DNA from: a phage
Length of the DNA: 64,000 nt
Reading direction: 5' to 3' (one strand)
Assembly (NCBI GenBank): GCA_018175075.1
Contig: GCA_018175075.1_4100.1
The notes under the pieces: model-generated
Seen by the model: only the letters and a program-made list of their open reading frames with translations
The model's database searches: none
Told to the model about the DNA's origin: nothing
Shown: piece after piece, positions 47,688 through 56,238 of the stretch
Layout: each line of letters begins with the position of its first letter
How positions within the stretch are numbered: the stretch's first letter is position 1
Program-made: the position numbers and the translations under genes

Positions 47688-47810
47688 ATATTACATCAAG
47701 ACGGGGAGCACTAAGTAGACCGCCAGTAAGTCGAACGAAAAACTGGACACGTCGAGAAAACTTTGATACACTAATAAACGTAAACTAAACTTTAATTGAG
47801 GATTTATAAA

Positions 47811-48293
47811 ATGGCTAATGTAAAATCATTCATCAAAGCACTGGTAGCAAATGAAACTAACGTCGCGGCTGAGATCCTGGCTGAACTGGATAACGATACC
47901 ATGAAAGCGGTACGCAATAATTTTAACATCGCTTACAGTACTGCGAAAGAACTACAAGCAAATAAAGCGGCAGAAATTGAAGCGGCAAAGGCGGCCCGTG
48001 AAGCAGAACTACAAGCAACAATTGAAAGTATTCAGGCGGCAGTAGTTGGATTGGATCTGGAAGTAGTTACAGAGATGGCACAAAAAGCCCTGGCGAAAAA
48101 GTACGGTGAAGATAAGCCAGAAGTAAAAGCTAAAAAATGGATTCAAGAACGTGTAGCGGTAGTACTTGATAACGGGGAAGAATATCTGATTCCGGTGCGT
48201 GGTAACTGCATTGCGGTAGTACTGGATGCGATTAACTCCAGTGGTATGACTCGCGAGGAATGGATCGAAGCTCATCGCAAAGTTGAAGCATAA
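47811..48293 (+). CDS. hypothetical Ala/Glu-rich helical protein
   Basis: ATG 47811 with GAGGA RBS; 160 aa. Confidence 0.6.
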   Translation: MANVKSFIKALVANETNVAAEILAELDNDTMKAVRNNFNIAYSTAKELQANKAAEIEAAKAAREAELQATIESIQAAVVGLDLEVVTEMAQKALAKKYGEDKPEVKAKKWIQERVAVVLDNGEEYLIPVRGNCIAVVLDAINSSGMTREEWIEAHRKVEA

Positions 48294-48314
48294 CAATTAA
48301 AGTACTGAATCATT

Positions 48315-48341
48315 AGCCCACTTATACAGTGGGCTTTTTTG
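48315..48341 (+). terminator. intrinsic terminator
   Basis: AGCCCAC-TTATACA-GTGGGCT + T6. Confidence 0.7.
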
Positions 48342-48494
48342 TGTTTATCGTTTACCAGGCCACCAGCACCGCCTAGAAACGATTCTAACGTATTAAACTG
48401 TTTATCTGATGCATTGCCCTAGCTGGTGGCGTTAAAGTCGTTAGAATGCGATTGAGTGCGTTTAAAGTATTTTGCAAAAAGTAATAAAAAGTAC

Positions 48495-48555
48495 TTGCAC
48501 GATTAAGAGATTAGCGTATAATGTTTTACATCGAGAGGGGGAAACGGTTCTCCTT
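48495..48555 (+). promoter_or_regulatory. A-type promoter/stem-loop cassette
   Basis: TTGCAC/16/TATAAT + degenerate GGGGGAAAC..stem. Confidence 0.5.
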
Positions 48556-48577
48556 CCAAATCAAAGGAATCAAAACA

Positions 48578-48805
48578 ATGGCTATTATCATTACTCGCGT
48601 ATCTGGTACTACTGGCAACGAACAAGTAGTTGCAGTCATTACCAACAAGGAAGGTGCGGAATTGCAAAATGCAATGAATACCTGGGCCGTTAATGAGTTC
48701 GGTCAGTGGGCAAGTGTAGCATACATTGAAACCTATCAAGTGCCGTCGATTAGTTTAACTGATTTGGGCGTTGAGCGTATCCTTTGCCTTGATGAATTAA
48801 ATTAA
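48578..48805 (+). CDS. hypothetical protein
   Basis: ATG 48578 after cassette; 75 aa. Confidence 0.55.
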   Translation: MAIIITRVSGTTGNEQVVAVITNKEGAELQNAMNTWAVNEFGQWASVAYIETYQVPSISLTDLGVERILCLDELN

Positions 48806-48813
48806 AAAAGTAC

Positions 48814-48874
48814 TTGCAAAGTAAATCGAATAAAGTATAATACATTACATCAAGGGGAGAAAATGGTTCTCCCC
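48814..48874 (+). promoter_or_regulatory. A-type promoter/stem-loop cassette
   Basis: TTGCAA/16/TATAAT + GGGGAGA..TCTCCCC. Confidence 0.55.
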
Positions 48875-48891
48875 ACTACAAGGAAACTAAA

Positions 48892-49035
48892 ATGAAAACT
48901 TGTCAATGTGGTCAGAAATCTATTACTGGTTTAAAGCGGGGCGTTGCTCTTTGCCAGTACCATTATAATTTACAAGTATGGGGTAAAGAATGGGCCGACC
49001 AGGTGGAAGCAGCAAAGAAAGCAAAAAGTAAGTAA
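48892..49035 (+). CDS. small Cys-containing protein
   Basis: 47-aa ORF below track cutoff; AAGGAAA RBS; CQCG..CQYH. Confidence 0.4.
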   Translation: MKTCQCGQKSITGLKRGVALCQYHYNLQVWGKEWADQVEAAKKAKSK

Positions 49036-49054
49036 AAATATTATCACAGTACTA

Positions 49055-49083
49055 TTGACATAGTTTGATAGTACTGGCATAAT
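49055..49083 (+). promoter_or_regulatory. B-type promoter cassette
   Basis: TTGACA/17/CATAAT inside a ~60-bp block near-identical at 49347, 52182, 60212. Confidence 0.55.
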
Positions 49084-49114
49084 AGATTTTATCAAAACAA
49101 CTGAGGAAAATAAA

Positions 49115-49327
49115 ATGGCTATCATCACTAAAATCAAAGTTAACAAGACTATCGTTAAACTGGCAGAAGTGAAAGAAGGTTATAAAGTATCTTGGTGCGG
49201 TATGTATCGGACGTTCGCAGATATAGATGATGCAATCAATTACTACACTGACACGGTTAAAAACTTTGTTCGTGCTGATGTGGTTATGGCAGTGGCAACA
49301 TATAAAGCAGCGAAAGAAAGTAAGTAA
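49115..49327 (+). CDS. hypothetical protein (paralog of 52246 gene)
   Basis: 70 aa, GAGGA RBS. Confidence 0.55.
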   Translation: MAIITKIKVNKTIVKLAEVKEGYKVSWCGMYRTFADIDDAINYYTDTVKNFVRADVVMAVATYKAAKESK

Positions 49328-49346
49328 AAATATTATCACAGTACTA

Positions 49347-49375
49347 TTGACATAGTTTGATAGTACTGGCATAAT
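49347..49375 (+). promoter_or_regulatory. B-type promoter cassette
   Basis: TTGACA/17/CATAAT. Confidence 0.55.
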
Positions 49376-49416
49376 AGATTTTATCAAGACAACATATTAA
49401 TTTAAGGAATACAAAA

Positions 49417-49740
49417 ATGGCTAAAACTATCATTAACACCGTTTCCCTGGCTGCAATCCGTGCAATCAATGTTGACGGTAAACGTTGGACTGATTCATAT
49501 GGCAATACTTATCATTCTTGTCATGTAAGCGTTGAACTGGATAACGGTTTGAATGATCTGGCGGTTGAATCATTTACTTATGGCTATGAAGATGCATATC
49601 AACAAACGGCGTTATCTCTCTTAAAGGAATCAGTAGACGGGCTTAATACTGATGAAACCTCCCTTACTCGTTTGTGTAATGATTTGTCTATCCCGTTGCA
49701 TTGTACTGTACAGAATGTTAAACGCAAAAAAGATCTTTAA
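49417..49740 (+). CDS. hypothetical protein (paralog of 56239 gene)
   Basis: AAGGAA RBS; shared ..RWTDSxGNTYHSCxVS..VKRKKD. Confidence 0.6.
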   Translation: MAKTIINTVSLAAIRAINVDGKRWTDSYGNTYHSCHVSVELDNGLNDLAVESFTYGYEDAYQQTALSLLKESVDGLNTDETSLTRLCNDLSIPLHCTVQNVKRKKDL

Positions 49741-49820
49741 TTAGCTTTACTTTATGCAGATACTTTGATATAGTGTCTGCATAGGGGAAAGAAATTAAAT
49801 TAACTTAAGAGGATCGTATA

Positions 49821-50090
49821 ATGAAAAATATCAGTACTTTAATCGACGCAGGTACACATGTTCGGCGGTCTATGGTTGCAACCAGTACTACAAAACAAGT
49901 AGCGAGCGGTTATCTTGTATTTGTGCACGATGGTAAACTCCTGGAACGTTCAATCAATTTTGATGTTAAAAACAATTGCCGTTTTATTATCTTTAAGCGT
50001 GAACAATATAAAATCGATTTGCCAGCAAAGCCCATTAGCGGGGCGTACAACGTGCAATCATTGTTTGAGCGTCAACCTTACACCTATTAA
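49821..50090 (+). CDS. hypothetical protein
   Basis: 89 aa, AAGAGGA RBS. Confidence 0.55.
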   Translation: MKNISTLIDAGTHVRRSMVATSTTKQVASGYLVFVHDGKLLERSINFDVKNNCRFIIFKREQYKIDLPAKPISGAYNVQSLFERQPYTY

Positions 50091-50141
50091 TCAAAACATC
50101 GTTAGCGGTCGTTTTAGGCCGCTTATATTGGGGATTATACC

Positions 50142-50414
50142 ATGAACGTTAATCAAGTACTGAATGAGATCGAAAGCATCATTAAACCGATGAAGCGTAC
50201 TGATGCTATGTTAACACCGGAAGAATGCCGCCTTTATGAGCGTTACAGCGTCGAACAAGTCCAGGCAATGGCTATGGCTACCCCAGCCGTTAAACCGCCT
50301 GAGAATGCGTTACAGGACGTTACAGGGGATTATATCATCAATCCAGTACTAGGGAAGATGGCTGCAATCACCGAAGATCAACAAGACTACTTAAGCCAGT
50401 ACTTAAAAGGTTAA
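50142..50414 (+). CDS. hypothetical protein
   Basis: 90 aa. Confidence 0.5.
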   Translation: MNVNQVLNEIESIIKPMKRTDAMLTPEECRLYERYSVEQVQAMAMATPAVKPPENALQDVTGDYIINPVLGKMAAITEDQQDYLSQYLKG

Positions 50415-50419
50415 TTAAT

Positions 50420-50629
50420 ATGCTTACTGTACAGGATAAGATCGACATCTTAAAGGTTAATATGTATGTGATTGATGCAGTACCTGGTAAAGTATTTGCA
50501 TACGATGACACCACTGTAAGCGATTTCTACTATAGCCAGGCCGTGGGGGATCTTTCTGTACAGTCGGTTATTGAAAACGTAGTTAATGCAGCGTATGAGC
50601 ATTTACTTTCAAATAGTACTTGCAATTAG
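50420..50629 (+). CDS. hypothetical protein
   Basis: 69 aa; last codons lie inside the next cassette -35 region. Confidence 0.5.
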   Translation: MLTVQDKIDILKVNMYVIDAVPGKVFAYDDTTVSDFYYSQAVGDLSVQSVIENVVNAAYEHLLSNSTCN

Positions 50630-50679
50630 TTTTTAAACGCGTATAATGTTTTACATGAAGGGGAGAAATGATTCTCCCC
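50620..50679 (+). promoter_or_regulatory. A-type promoter/stem-loop cassette
   Basis: TTGCAA/16/TATAAT + GGGGAGAAATGATTCTCCCC. Confidence 0.55.
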
Positions 50680-50698
50680 ACTAATTAAGGAATATGAA

Positions 50699-50845
50699 AT
50701 GAAAGCATCAAAAAAGAGTACTAACAAGAAAGCACGTTCAACCTTAGATGGGGTATTCCCTTTACGTTTCGTTGATGAAGTGGTTTCCTACCCGCCTGGC
50801 CTTACTCCTGAGATGGTAGAAAGTTTGCGTAAATCTAAAAAATAG
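50699..50845 (+). CDS. small basic protein
   Basis: 48-aa ORF below track cutoff; AAGGAA RBS. Confidence 0.4.
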   Translation: MKASKKSTNKKARSTLDGVFPLRFVDEVVSYPPGLTPEMVESLRKSKK

Positions 50846-50848
50846 TAC

Positions 50849-50908
50849 TTGCAATTAGTTTTTAGTACTGTATAATGTTTTACATGAAGGGGAGAAATGA
50901 TTCTCCCC
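50849..50908 (+). promoter_or_regulatory. A-type promoter/stem-loop cassette
   Basis: TTGCAA/16/TATAAT + GGGGAGAAATGATTCTCCCC. Confidence 0.55.
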
Positions 50909-50926
50909 AATAACAGGAGAAACAAA

Positions 50927-51079
50927 ATGAAACAATACAACGCTCGGTTTGATGTTACTATCGGTAACGGCAAAGGTCAATTCTCTTTCAGTACTCGCCG
51001 CAGTTATACAGAAAACTTCCTGCGTAATTGTGCACTGACCGCCGCACAAATTAAACATTACTTTCAGGCTAAAAAATGA
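50927..51079 (+). CDS. small hypothetical protein
   Basis: 50 aa from ATG 50927 with CAGGAG RBS. Confidence 0.45.
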   Translation: MKQYNARFDVTIGNGKGQFSFSTRRSYTENFLRNCALTAAQIKHYFQAKK

Positions 51080-51165
51080 AATCATTAGCTTATTACAGTT
51101 CGGCCCTGGTCGGTGCATTGATCGCGGCATTGTTAGTAACCTATCTATTCTTTATGGTGATTTAA
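51076..51165 (+). CDS. possible 29-aa membrane peptide
   Basis: ATGA overlap with upstream stop; one TM segment. Confidence 0.25.
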   Translation: MKSLAYYSSALVGALIAALLVTYLFFMVI

Positions 51166-51300
51166 ATGAATCCTAACGGTATAATTTACAGTACTCCTAA
51201 AACGAAAGCAGACAAGGTAAACGCTAAAAAAGCGAAAGTAAAGGAGTACATCAAGCAAGGCATGACGCGAAAGGCCGCAGTACTTAAAGCTAAAAAATAA
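51166..51300 (+). CDS. possible 44-aa Lys-rich peptide
   Basis: starts right after previous stop; ends before the terminator. Confidence 0.25.
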   Translation: MNPNGIIYSTPKTKADKVNAKKAKVKEYIKQGMTRKAAVLKAKK

Positions 51301-51310
51301 ATGAAAAAAG

Positions 51311-51336
51311 TGGTTGACTTCGGTCAGCCATTTTGC
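51311..51336 (+). terminator. intrinsic terminator (UUCG loop)
   Basis: GGTTGAC-TTCG-GTCAGCC + TTTT. Confidence 0.65.
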
Positions 51337-51435
51337 TATTATATATTCATTGAGAGATAGCTCACTAGCCCACAGGGTGCGGAAGTGTATCTATTATATA
51401 AGTATTGAGTACTGAAAACTATTTTTAAAAAGTAC

Positions 51436-51495
51436 TTGCAAACTATCTCAATAGGCGTATAATGTTTTACATCGAAAGGGGAAACGGTTTCCCCT
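51436..51495 (+). promoter_or_regulatory. A-type promoter/stem-loop cassette
   Basis: TTGCAA/16/TATAAT + AGGGGAAAC-G-GTTTCCCCT. Confidence 0.55.
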
Positions 51496-51514
51496 GGTAA
51501 TAAGGAAACAAATC

Positions 51515-51856
51515 ATGACTATTGCAATTGCTCAATCTAACTTTGAAAATGAAATCATCGCTCAGACACTGCGTTTAAGTGATGGTCGGGCCGAAATTAA
51601 TTACGGTTTCAATTCAGGCGGTTGTGAAAAATATCAGTACTTTGTAACGGCTGATGGCGGTGTCCTGGGTATCAATACAGTTATTGTAAACATACAGAAA
51701 ATTAATTTCAATGATCCAGACGATAGCCAGTTTTACATCACAGGCGTAGACGTGAACTATGAGGATGACTCACTAACTGATGATCACACTGGCGAGCGGT
51801 TAGAAAGTGCATACGGTGAAGATGATTATCAGTCCGGTCCAGAAGATTTCGAATAA
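51515..51856 (+). CDS. hypothetical acidic protein
   Basis: 113 aa, AAGGAAA RBS. Confidence 0.6.
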   Translation: MTIAIAQSNFENEIIAQTLRLSDGRAEINYGFNSGGCEKYQYFVTADGGVLGINTVIVNIQKINFNDPDDSQFYITGVDVNYEDDSLTDDHTGERLESAYGEDDYQSGPEDFE

Positions 51857-51869
51857 TATAAAAAATAGT

Positions 51870-51929
51870 TTGACAATAGATTATAGTACTGTATAATAGT
51901 TTACATCAAGGGGAGAAATGATTCTCCCC
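51870..51929 (+). promoter_or_regulatory. C-type promoter/stem-loop cassette
   Basis: TTGACA/16/TATAAT + GGGGAGAAATGATTCTCCCC. Confidence 0.55.
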
Positions 51930-51949
51930 ACTAACAGAGAGAAAACAAA

Positions 51950-52162
51950 ATGGCTAATATCTGCACTGTACTGAAAAATGCAAAACAAGTTTTATTTTCT
52001 GATCACGATCATTTAAACAAGGATATTACTGGCGTTCGGAATATCAAAGATGTAAAAAGTGTTATGGGTATCTATTGCAATATGAAACGTGTTGGAACGT
52101 TCGGCGACAAAGTACTATACCAGGCAGGGGATTACAATTTTACACTGACTATCATTAACTAA
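51950..52162 (+). CDS. hypothetical protein
   Basis: 70 aa. Confidence 0.55.
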   Translation: MANICTVLKNAKQVLFSDHDHLNKDITGVRNIKDVKSVMGIYCNMKRVGTFGDKVLYQAGDYNFTLTIIN

Positions 52163-52181
52163 AAATATTATCACAGTACTA

Positions 52182-52210
52182 TTGACATAGTTTGATAGTA
52201 CTGACATAAT
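52182..52210 (+). promoter_or_regulatory. B-type promoter cassette
   Basis: TTGACA/17/CATAAT. Confidence 0.55.
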
Positions 52211-52245
52211 AACTTTTATCAACTACACTACTAAGGAATTAAAAA

Positions 52246-52425
52246 ATGGCTATCATCGCAAAAACTGAAATCGTTGGTCTGGATTCTATCATCATGACGT
52301 TTGAAGATCAAAAAGGTATGTATGTAGTTTCATATGGTGATTATGTTCGGGAGTATGAAACGGTAGACGAAGCCTTTGAAAGTTATATTCGCCAGGTGAA
52401 TAAAGCATACGACGACTACCGCTAA
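52246..52425 (+). CDS. small protein (paralog of 49115 gene)
   Basis: 59-aa ORF below track cutoff; AAGGAA RBS. Confidence 0.45.
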   Translation: MAIIAKTEIVGLDSIIMTFEDQKGMYVVSYGDYVREYETVDEAFESYIRQVNKAYDDYR

Positions 52426-52443
52426 AATATATTACCAGTACTA

Positions 52444-52471
52444 TTGACAACGTTTGATAGTACTGTATAAT
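52444..52471 (+). promoter_or_regulatory. B-type promoter cassette variant
   Basis: TTGACA/16/TATAAT. Confidence 0.5.
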
Positions 52472-52515
52472 AAGTTTTATAAACAGTAGTTAACTTAACC
52501 TAAGAGAGAAATAAA

Positions 52516-52659
52516 ATGATCGCACTGGATTCATTCATCGACGCAGTACTGGCAAAAACTGGCGAGGATCTGACCGCAGAACAATACGCAATGATCGAGC
52601 AATGCCAGCAAGACGGTAAATCGGTGAAAGATACTGTTAAGATTATCCGCAAGATGTAA
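52516..52659 (+). CDS. small hypothetical protein
   Basis: 47-aa ORF below track cutoff; AAGAGAG RBS. Confidence 0.4.
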   Translation: MIALDSFIDAVLAKTGEDLTAEQYAMIEQCQQDGKSVKDTVKIIRKM

Positions 52660-52666
52660 TATTATA

Positions 52667-52695
52667 GCCCACTGGTTAACGCTGGTGGGCTTTAA
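52667..52695 (+). terminator. terminator-like hairpin containing Chi octamer
   Basis: AGCCCACTGG..CTGGTGGGCT then TTTAATT. Confidence 0.5.
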
Positions 52696-52764
52696 TTCAT
52701 TACCCTATACAATGCCAGTACTAAACCGTTTATCTCGTTAGAATGCATTACAGGACGTTTGACA

Positions 52765-52962
52765 ATGATTAGCATGAAATCAGTACAAAAACAAATAGAA
52801 ACATTATCAAAAATTAAACGTAAACAGTACTCGTTAGAATATACAATCAATGGTAACTATCATCTAATGAAAGAAAATAATTTTATAGTCATTGATGAAT
52901 CATTGCAAATCATTAGTATAGTACTGAAAGCATTAATTAATGATAGAAAAAAATTAAAATAA
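52765..52962 (+). CDS. hypothetical AT-rich small protein
   Basis: ATG 52765 (track used TTG 52759); weak RBS. Confidence 0.35.
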   Translation: MISMKSVQKQIETLSKIKRKQYSLEYTINGNYHLMKENNFIVIDESLQIISIVLKALINDRKKLK

Positions 52963-52966
52963 TCTA

Positions 52967-52995
52967 TTGACAATATCCTCCAGTACTGGCATAAT
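52967..52995 (+). promoter_or_regulatory. sigma70-like promoter TTGACA/17/CATAAT
   Basis: hexamers read directly. Confidence 0.45.
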
Positions 52996-53057
52996 ACTTA
53001 CATCAAGACGAGAACGTCACTAACCCATAGGGTGCACAAATGTAACTATATAACATC

Positions 53058-53130
53058 GATCAATAAATGATCAAAAAAGTACTGGATCAATTTAGCATAA
53101 GGCGTATAATTCTGATCAATTCTTGATCAA
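53058..53130. promoter_or_regulatory. cluster of five co-oriented GATCAA sites around a -10 box
   Basis: GATC at 53058, 53069, 53085, 53114, 53125; TATAAT 53104-53109. Confidence 0.4.
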
Positions 53131-53291
53131 AGGCAATATACGCAGTTGAATTTATATAGACAGTACAAAGGCGTTACTATCCGTGGTAATGCTGGTGGAT
53201 ATGTAGTATCATGTGGTTTGAATAAGATTAGCACTAGTAGTATTATTGTAGCATTACAGTACTATAGTATTTTTATAATGAGGTTAAAATA

Positions 53292-53549
53292 ATGGCAGTA
53301 GGATACGCGAAAGACGGGGCCGAACAAGACGAGATTAACGCAGTGATTCAGGCCGCCGTTAACCACGCTAGAAAGCAAATTAACGCACAAAGAGAATCAC
53401 TAGTACATTGCCTCGACTGCGGCGATAAAATCCCTGAGAATCGACGCCAGGCCGTTATAGGGTGCATGTATTGTATTACTTGCCAGGCGGATCATGATAG
53501 TACTTTTAAAAGAGATCCGCGTAATTGTTGGCATAGATCTATGAGATAA
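53292..53549 (+). CDS. DksA/TraR-family C4 zinc-finger protein
   Basis: CLDCGDKIPENRRQAVIGCMYC matches the TraR-type CxxC-IPE-RR-CxxC finger. Confidence 0.7.
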   Translation: MAVGYAKDGAEQDEINAVIQAAVNHARKQINAQRESLVHCLDCGDKIPENRRQAVIGCMYCITCQADHDSTFKRDPRNCWHRSMR

Positions 53550-53556
53550 AAAGTAA

Positions 53557-53584
53557 TTGACAGTACTGAAAGATAGTGTATAAT
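53557..53584 (+). promoter_or_regulatory. sigma70-like promoter TTGACA/16/TATAAT
   Basis: hexamers read directly. Confidence 0.5.
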
Positions 53585-53613
53585 GTTTTATATCTTAAAT
53601 GAGGATAGAAATC

Positions 53614-53970
53614 ATGGGAATACAACATATCACGCGTACTACTGACAATGGCGAGATCACTGGTTATCAGGTACAGGGCAAAGTAGCACAATTGCAGTAC
53701 TGGTTTGTTAAACGTGGAATCATTGCACCGGATCTTGATTATGACCGTGTTGCTTTCATTGATTCTCTTTATGTTGATCCTGATAGTCGGGGCAATGGTG
53801 AAGGTAACGAATTAATGAATGCCTTTATCGATGCCGCCGATGATTCAGATTGTATCATCTTAGAATGCGATACGGGAGAAGATAACGCCTTTAATCTTAA
53901 AGAATGGTACGAAGGTTTCGGATTCGAGGTATTGATAGATAGTGAATATCCTATCATGATTTTATCATAG
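53614..53970 (+). CDS. putative GNAT-family acetyltransferase
   Basis: IDSLYVDPDSRGNGEGNELMNAF matches the acetyl-CoA-binding R..G.G motif; ATG 53614 with GAGGA RBS. Confidence 0.5.
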   Translation: MGIQHITRTTDNGEITGYQVQGKVAQLQYWFVKRGIIAPDLDYDRVAFIDSLYVDPDSRGNGEGNELMNAFIDAADDSDCIILECDTGEDNAFNLKEWYEGFGFEVLIDSEYPIMILS

Positions 53971-53973
53971 TAC

Positions 53974-54030
53974 TTGCATTTAGTTTTCAGTACTGTTATA
54001 GTACTTACATCAAGGGGAAACATCTTCCCC
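53974..54030 (+). promoter_or_regulatory. A-type promoter/stem-loop cassette
   Basis: TTGCAT/17/TATAGT + GGGGAA-ACATC-TTCCCC. Confidence 0.5.
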
Positions 54031-54048
54031 TACTAAGAGGAAATGAAA

Positions 54049-54237
54049 ATGGAAAACTTATCAAGTATTTTAGTACAAGATGATTTCGGTAATCCTGGAA
54101 GTGCTATCATAGTTCGGGGCAATAAAGCAACGTTTGTTATTGCTGGTGGACCCGTACAGCGTAGCATTAAAAATAATGCTGTTACCATTAATAATGTACG
54201 CTATCGCTTAGATAAAGAATTAATTCATAAACTGTAA
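54049..54237 (+). CDS. hypothetical protein
   Basis: ATG 54049 is 9 nt after GAGG (54043 also possible). Confidence 0.5.
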   Translation: MENLSSILVQDDFGNPGSAIIVRGNKATFVIAGGPVQRSIKNNAVTINNVRYRLDKELIHKL

Positions 54238-54264
54238 TATTAATTTAATAGAGGATAACAATAA

Positions 54265-54588
54265 ATGTACATTCATACTACTATCACAAAGGAAGTCCGT
54301 TGCCAGTTCGAAAGTATTCCGGGCGTATGTTTCATCACTGGTACGTTTTCCCCTGGTGATCGTGATAATCCAGTACTGTTACAATTACGCCATCCATCAT
54401 GGGATAAAGCATTTGATCTACCGTTGAATGAATTCGCAACTACTGCTGAAAAGTACATTAAAAATATTCGCGAGAATGATCGACTATTCATTAATGCTTT
54501 TAGTGATTCCGCGTTAAGCGAGATCCACGGTGTATTGGTTGCAATCATGGAATCAATGGAGAAAACTAAATTCAAACAAGGTGAATAA
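54265..54588 (+). CDS. hypothetical protein
   Basis: 107 aa, GAGGA RBS. Confidence 0.6.
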   Translation: MYIHTTITKEVRCQFESIPGVCFITGTFSPGDRDNPVLLQLRHPSWDKAFDLPLNEFATTAEKYIKNIRENDRLFINAFSDSALSEIHGVLVAIMESMEKTKFKQGE

Positions 54589-54594
54589 AAACTA

Positions 54595-54654
54595 TTGACA
54601 AGATAATCTAGTACTGTATAATAAGTTACATGAAGGGGAGAAATGATTCTCCCC
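54595..54654 (+). promoter_or_regulatory. C-type promoter/stem-loop cassette
   Basis: TTGACA/16/TATAAT + GGGGAGAAATGATTCTCCCC. Confidence 0.55.
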
Positions 54655-54671
54655 ACTGAGAGGAAAGAAAA

Positions 54672-54884
54672 ATGCAAGGTCAACTAATCGTTCGTAAATG
54701 GTCTGATACTAACGCTAAACCGTGGGATGTACAATACATCGGCCCCAATGGTGAATCCAGATATCAACCAGGTGTAACGCATAGTACTGAGCAATTCGCC
54801 GCCGCTCATCGTGAACGTCTGTTACAATCAATGCAGCAAGGTTCCGGTGAAAAATTCATTCAGGATCATTGGCTGAAAGATTAA
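54672..54884 (+). CDS. hypothetical protein
   Basis: 70 aa, GAGAGG RBS. Confidence 0.55.
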   Translation: MQGQLIVRKWSDTNAKPWDVQYIGPNGESRYQPGVTHSTEQFAAAHRERLLQSMQQGSGEKFIQDHWLKD

Positions 54885-54891
54885 AAAGTAC

Positions 54892-54949
54892 TTGCACAGT
54901 ACTGAATAAAGTGTATAATGTTTTATATCGGAAGGGGAATAGTTCCCCT
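54892..54949 (+). promoter_or_regulatory. A-type promoter/stem-loop cassette
   Basis: TTGCAC/16/TATAAT + AGGGGAATAGTTCCCCT. Confidence 0.55.
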
Positions 54950-54970
54950 CCCAACAAAGAGGAAAGTATA

Positions 54971-55144
54971 ATGATCCAAGTAGAATTATCAGTACTGAAA
55001 GATCTGTTTTATCGGTTAGGTACTAATGGCGAGTATCCTAAAAGTGATACCGCAAAACTTTTTGTATCACTCGACTTATGGCAACGCGAACAATTAGTAA
55101 TGTCCTGGCGTAAAGGTAAAGCAGATCGCGAGGTGAAAGCATGA
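54971..55144 (+). CDS. small hypothetical protein
   Basis: 57 aa from ATG 54971 with AAGAGGA RBS. Confidence 0.45.
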   Translation: MIQVELSVLKDLFYRLGTNGEYPKSDTAKLFVSLDLWQREQLVMSWRKGKADREVKA

Positions 55145-55290
55145 AAGAATTCTTATTCGAAGTAGTGTTTCAAGGTGTCGGTAGTAACCAACTGATTCGA
55201 TCAAGTGGTTACAATGTCAACCAGGCATGGAATAACATTAAACAAATGTACCCGAACGCTATCACCTATCGCAACCCGAAAGAAGTTTAA
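55141..55290 (+). CDS. small hypothetical protein
   Basis: 49-aa ORF, ATGA-coupled to upstream gene. Confidence 0.4.
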   Translation: MKEFLFEVVFQGVGSNQLIRSSGYNVNQAWNNIKQMYPNAITYRNPKEV

Positions 55291-55301
55291 AAATAATTGA
55301 A

Positions 55302-55338
55302 AAAGGGATTGACTCCGGTCAGTCCCTTTGCTATTATA
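55302..55338 (+). terminator. intrinsic terminator with embedded promoter hexamers
   Basis: GGGATTGAC-TCCG-GTCAGTCCC + TTTG; TTGACT 55309 / TATTAT 55333. Confidence 0.6.
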
Positions 55339-55427
55339 TACGCATAGAAACAAATCAGCCCACCGGGTGCATAAATGTATCTATTGTTTGCTGGTGGCTA
55401 GTACTGAAAACTATTTTAAAAAAGTAC

Positions 55428-55571
55428 TTGCATTGTACTTAGAATAAAGTATAATGTTTTACATCAGGACGGGGAACGAAACAAGTAACCCCGTTAAGTA
55501 GTCCAGGAGTAAGACATACGAAAAACTCCCCTGATAAAATAGTTTGACAATAGAAAGTAAACGAGTATAAT
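55428..55571 (+). promoter_or_regulatory. tandem promoters flanking a conserved leader (copy 2)
   Basis: TTGCAT 55428/TATAAT 55450; hairpin ACGGGG..CCCCGT; second TTGACA 55544/TATAAT 55566. Confidence 0.5.
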
Positions 55572-55604
55572 ACTCACATCAACCACTGATAAGGAAACAT
55601 AAAA

Positions 55605-55880
55605 ATGCGGATTCTACTGACAGCTAACGAAATCGAACAAGTACTGACTACTAACCTGGAAGACTGGAAACGTGAAGCAGATATCCAGGCGGTTCAACAG
55701 CTTAACGATGAGTTAACGCCGGATGACTTAAGCAAGATTGTAGATCCTCAATTCTACGAAGATATCCACGACACCGCGTTAAGCGTCGAGGATGTACTAG
55801 ATAAGCACTACATTGATATTGATTTGCAGGTTTACGGTCGTAAAAACTTTATCACTATTCACGACATTTACAATAATTAA
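55605..55880 (+). CDS. hypothetical acidic protein
   Basis: 91 aa, AAGGAAA RBS. Confidence 0.6.
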   Translation: MRILLTANEIEQVLTTNLEDWKREADIQAVQQLNDELTPDDLSKIVDPQFYEDIHDTALSVEDVLDKHYIDIDLQVYGRKNFITIHDIYNN

Positions 55881-55883
55881 GTA

Positions 55884-55945
55884 TTGACAAAGTATCTTAG
55901 TACTGTATAATAGTTTACATCGAGTGAGGGGAAACGGTTCCCCTC
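55884..55945 (+). promoter_or_regulatory. C-type promoter/stem-loop cassette
   Basis: TTGACA/16/TATAAT + GAGGGGAAACGGTTCCCCTC. Confidence 0.55.
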
Positions 55946-55968
55946 CTAACAAAGAGAGAGAAATAAAA

Positions 55969-56151
55969 ATGGCTAAGTGCACTATCTGCAAGAAAGAAAT
56001 AGTATTAGTTCCAAGTGCCCGTGAACGTGCCGCTCGGTTCGGTGGCAAAGCGTCAGACTATACAAAAATGTTTACTACCCATGCAGCTTGCCAGGTAGCA
56101 AAACGTTCACAAGAAAGCGTAGAATTAATGCGTAAACTTTCCAAAAAATAA
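55969..56151 (+). CDS. small Cys-containing protein
   Basis: 60 aa from ATG 55969; CTIC..HAAC. Confidence 0.5.
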   Translation: MAKCTICKKEIVLVPSARERAARFGGKASDYTKMFTTHAACQVAKRSQESVELMRKLSKK

Positions 56152-56154
56152 GTA

Positions 56155-56215
56155 TTGACAAAGTATCTTAGTACTGTATAATAGTTTACATCAAGTGAGG
56201 GGAATGGTTCCCCTC
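56155..56215 (+). promoter_or_regulatory. C-type promoter/stem-loop cassette
   Basis: near-identical to 55884 cassette. Confidence 0.55.
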
Positions 56216-56238
56216 CTAACTAAAAGAGAGAAATAAAA

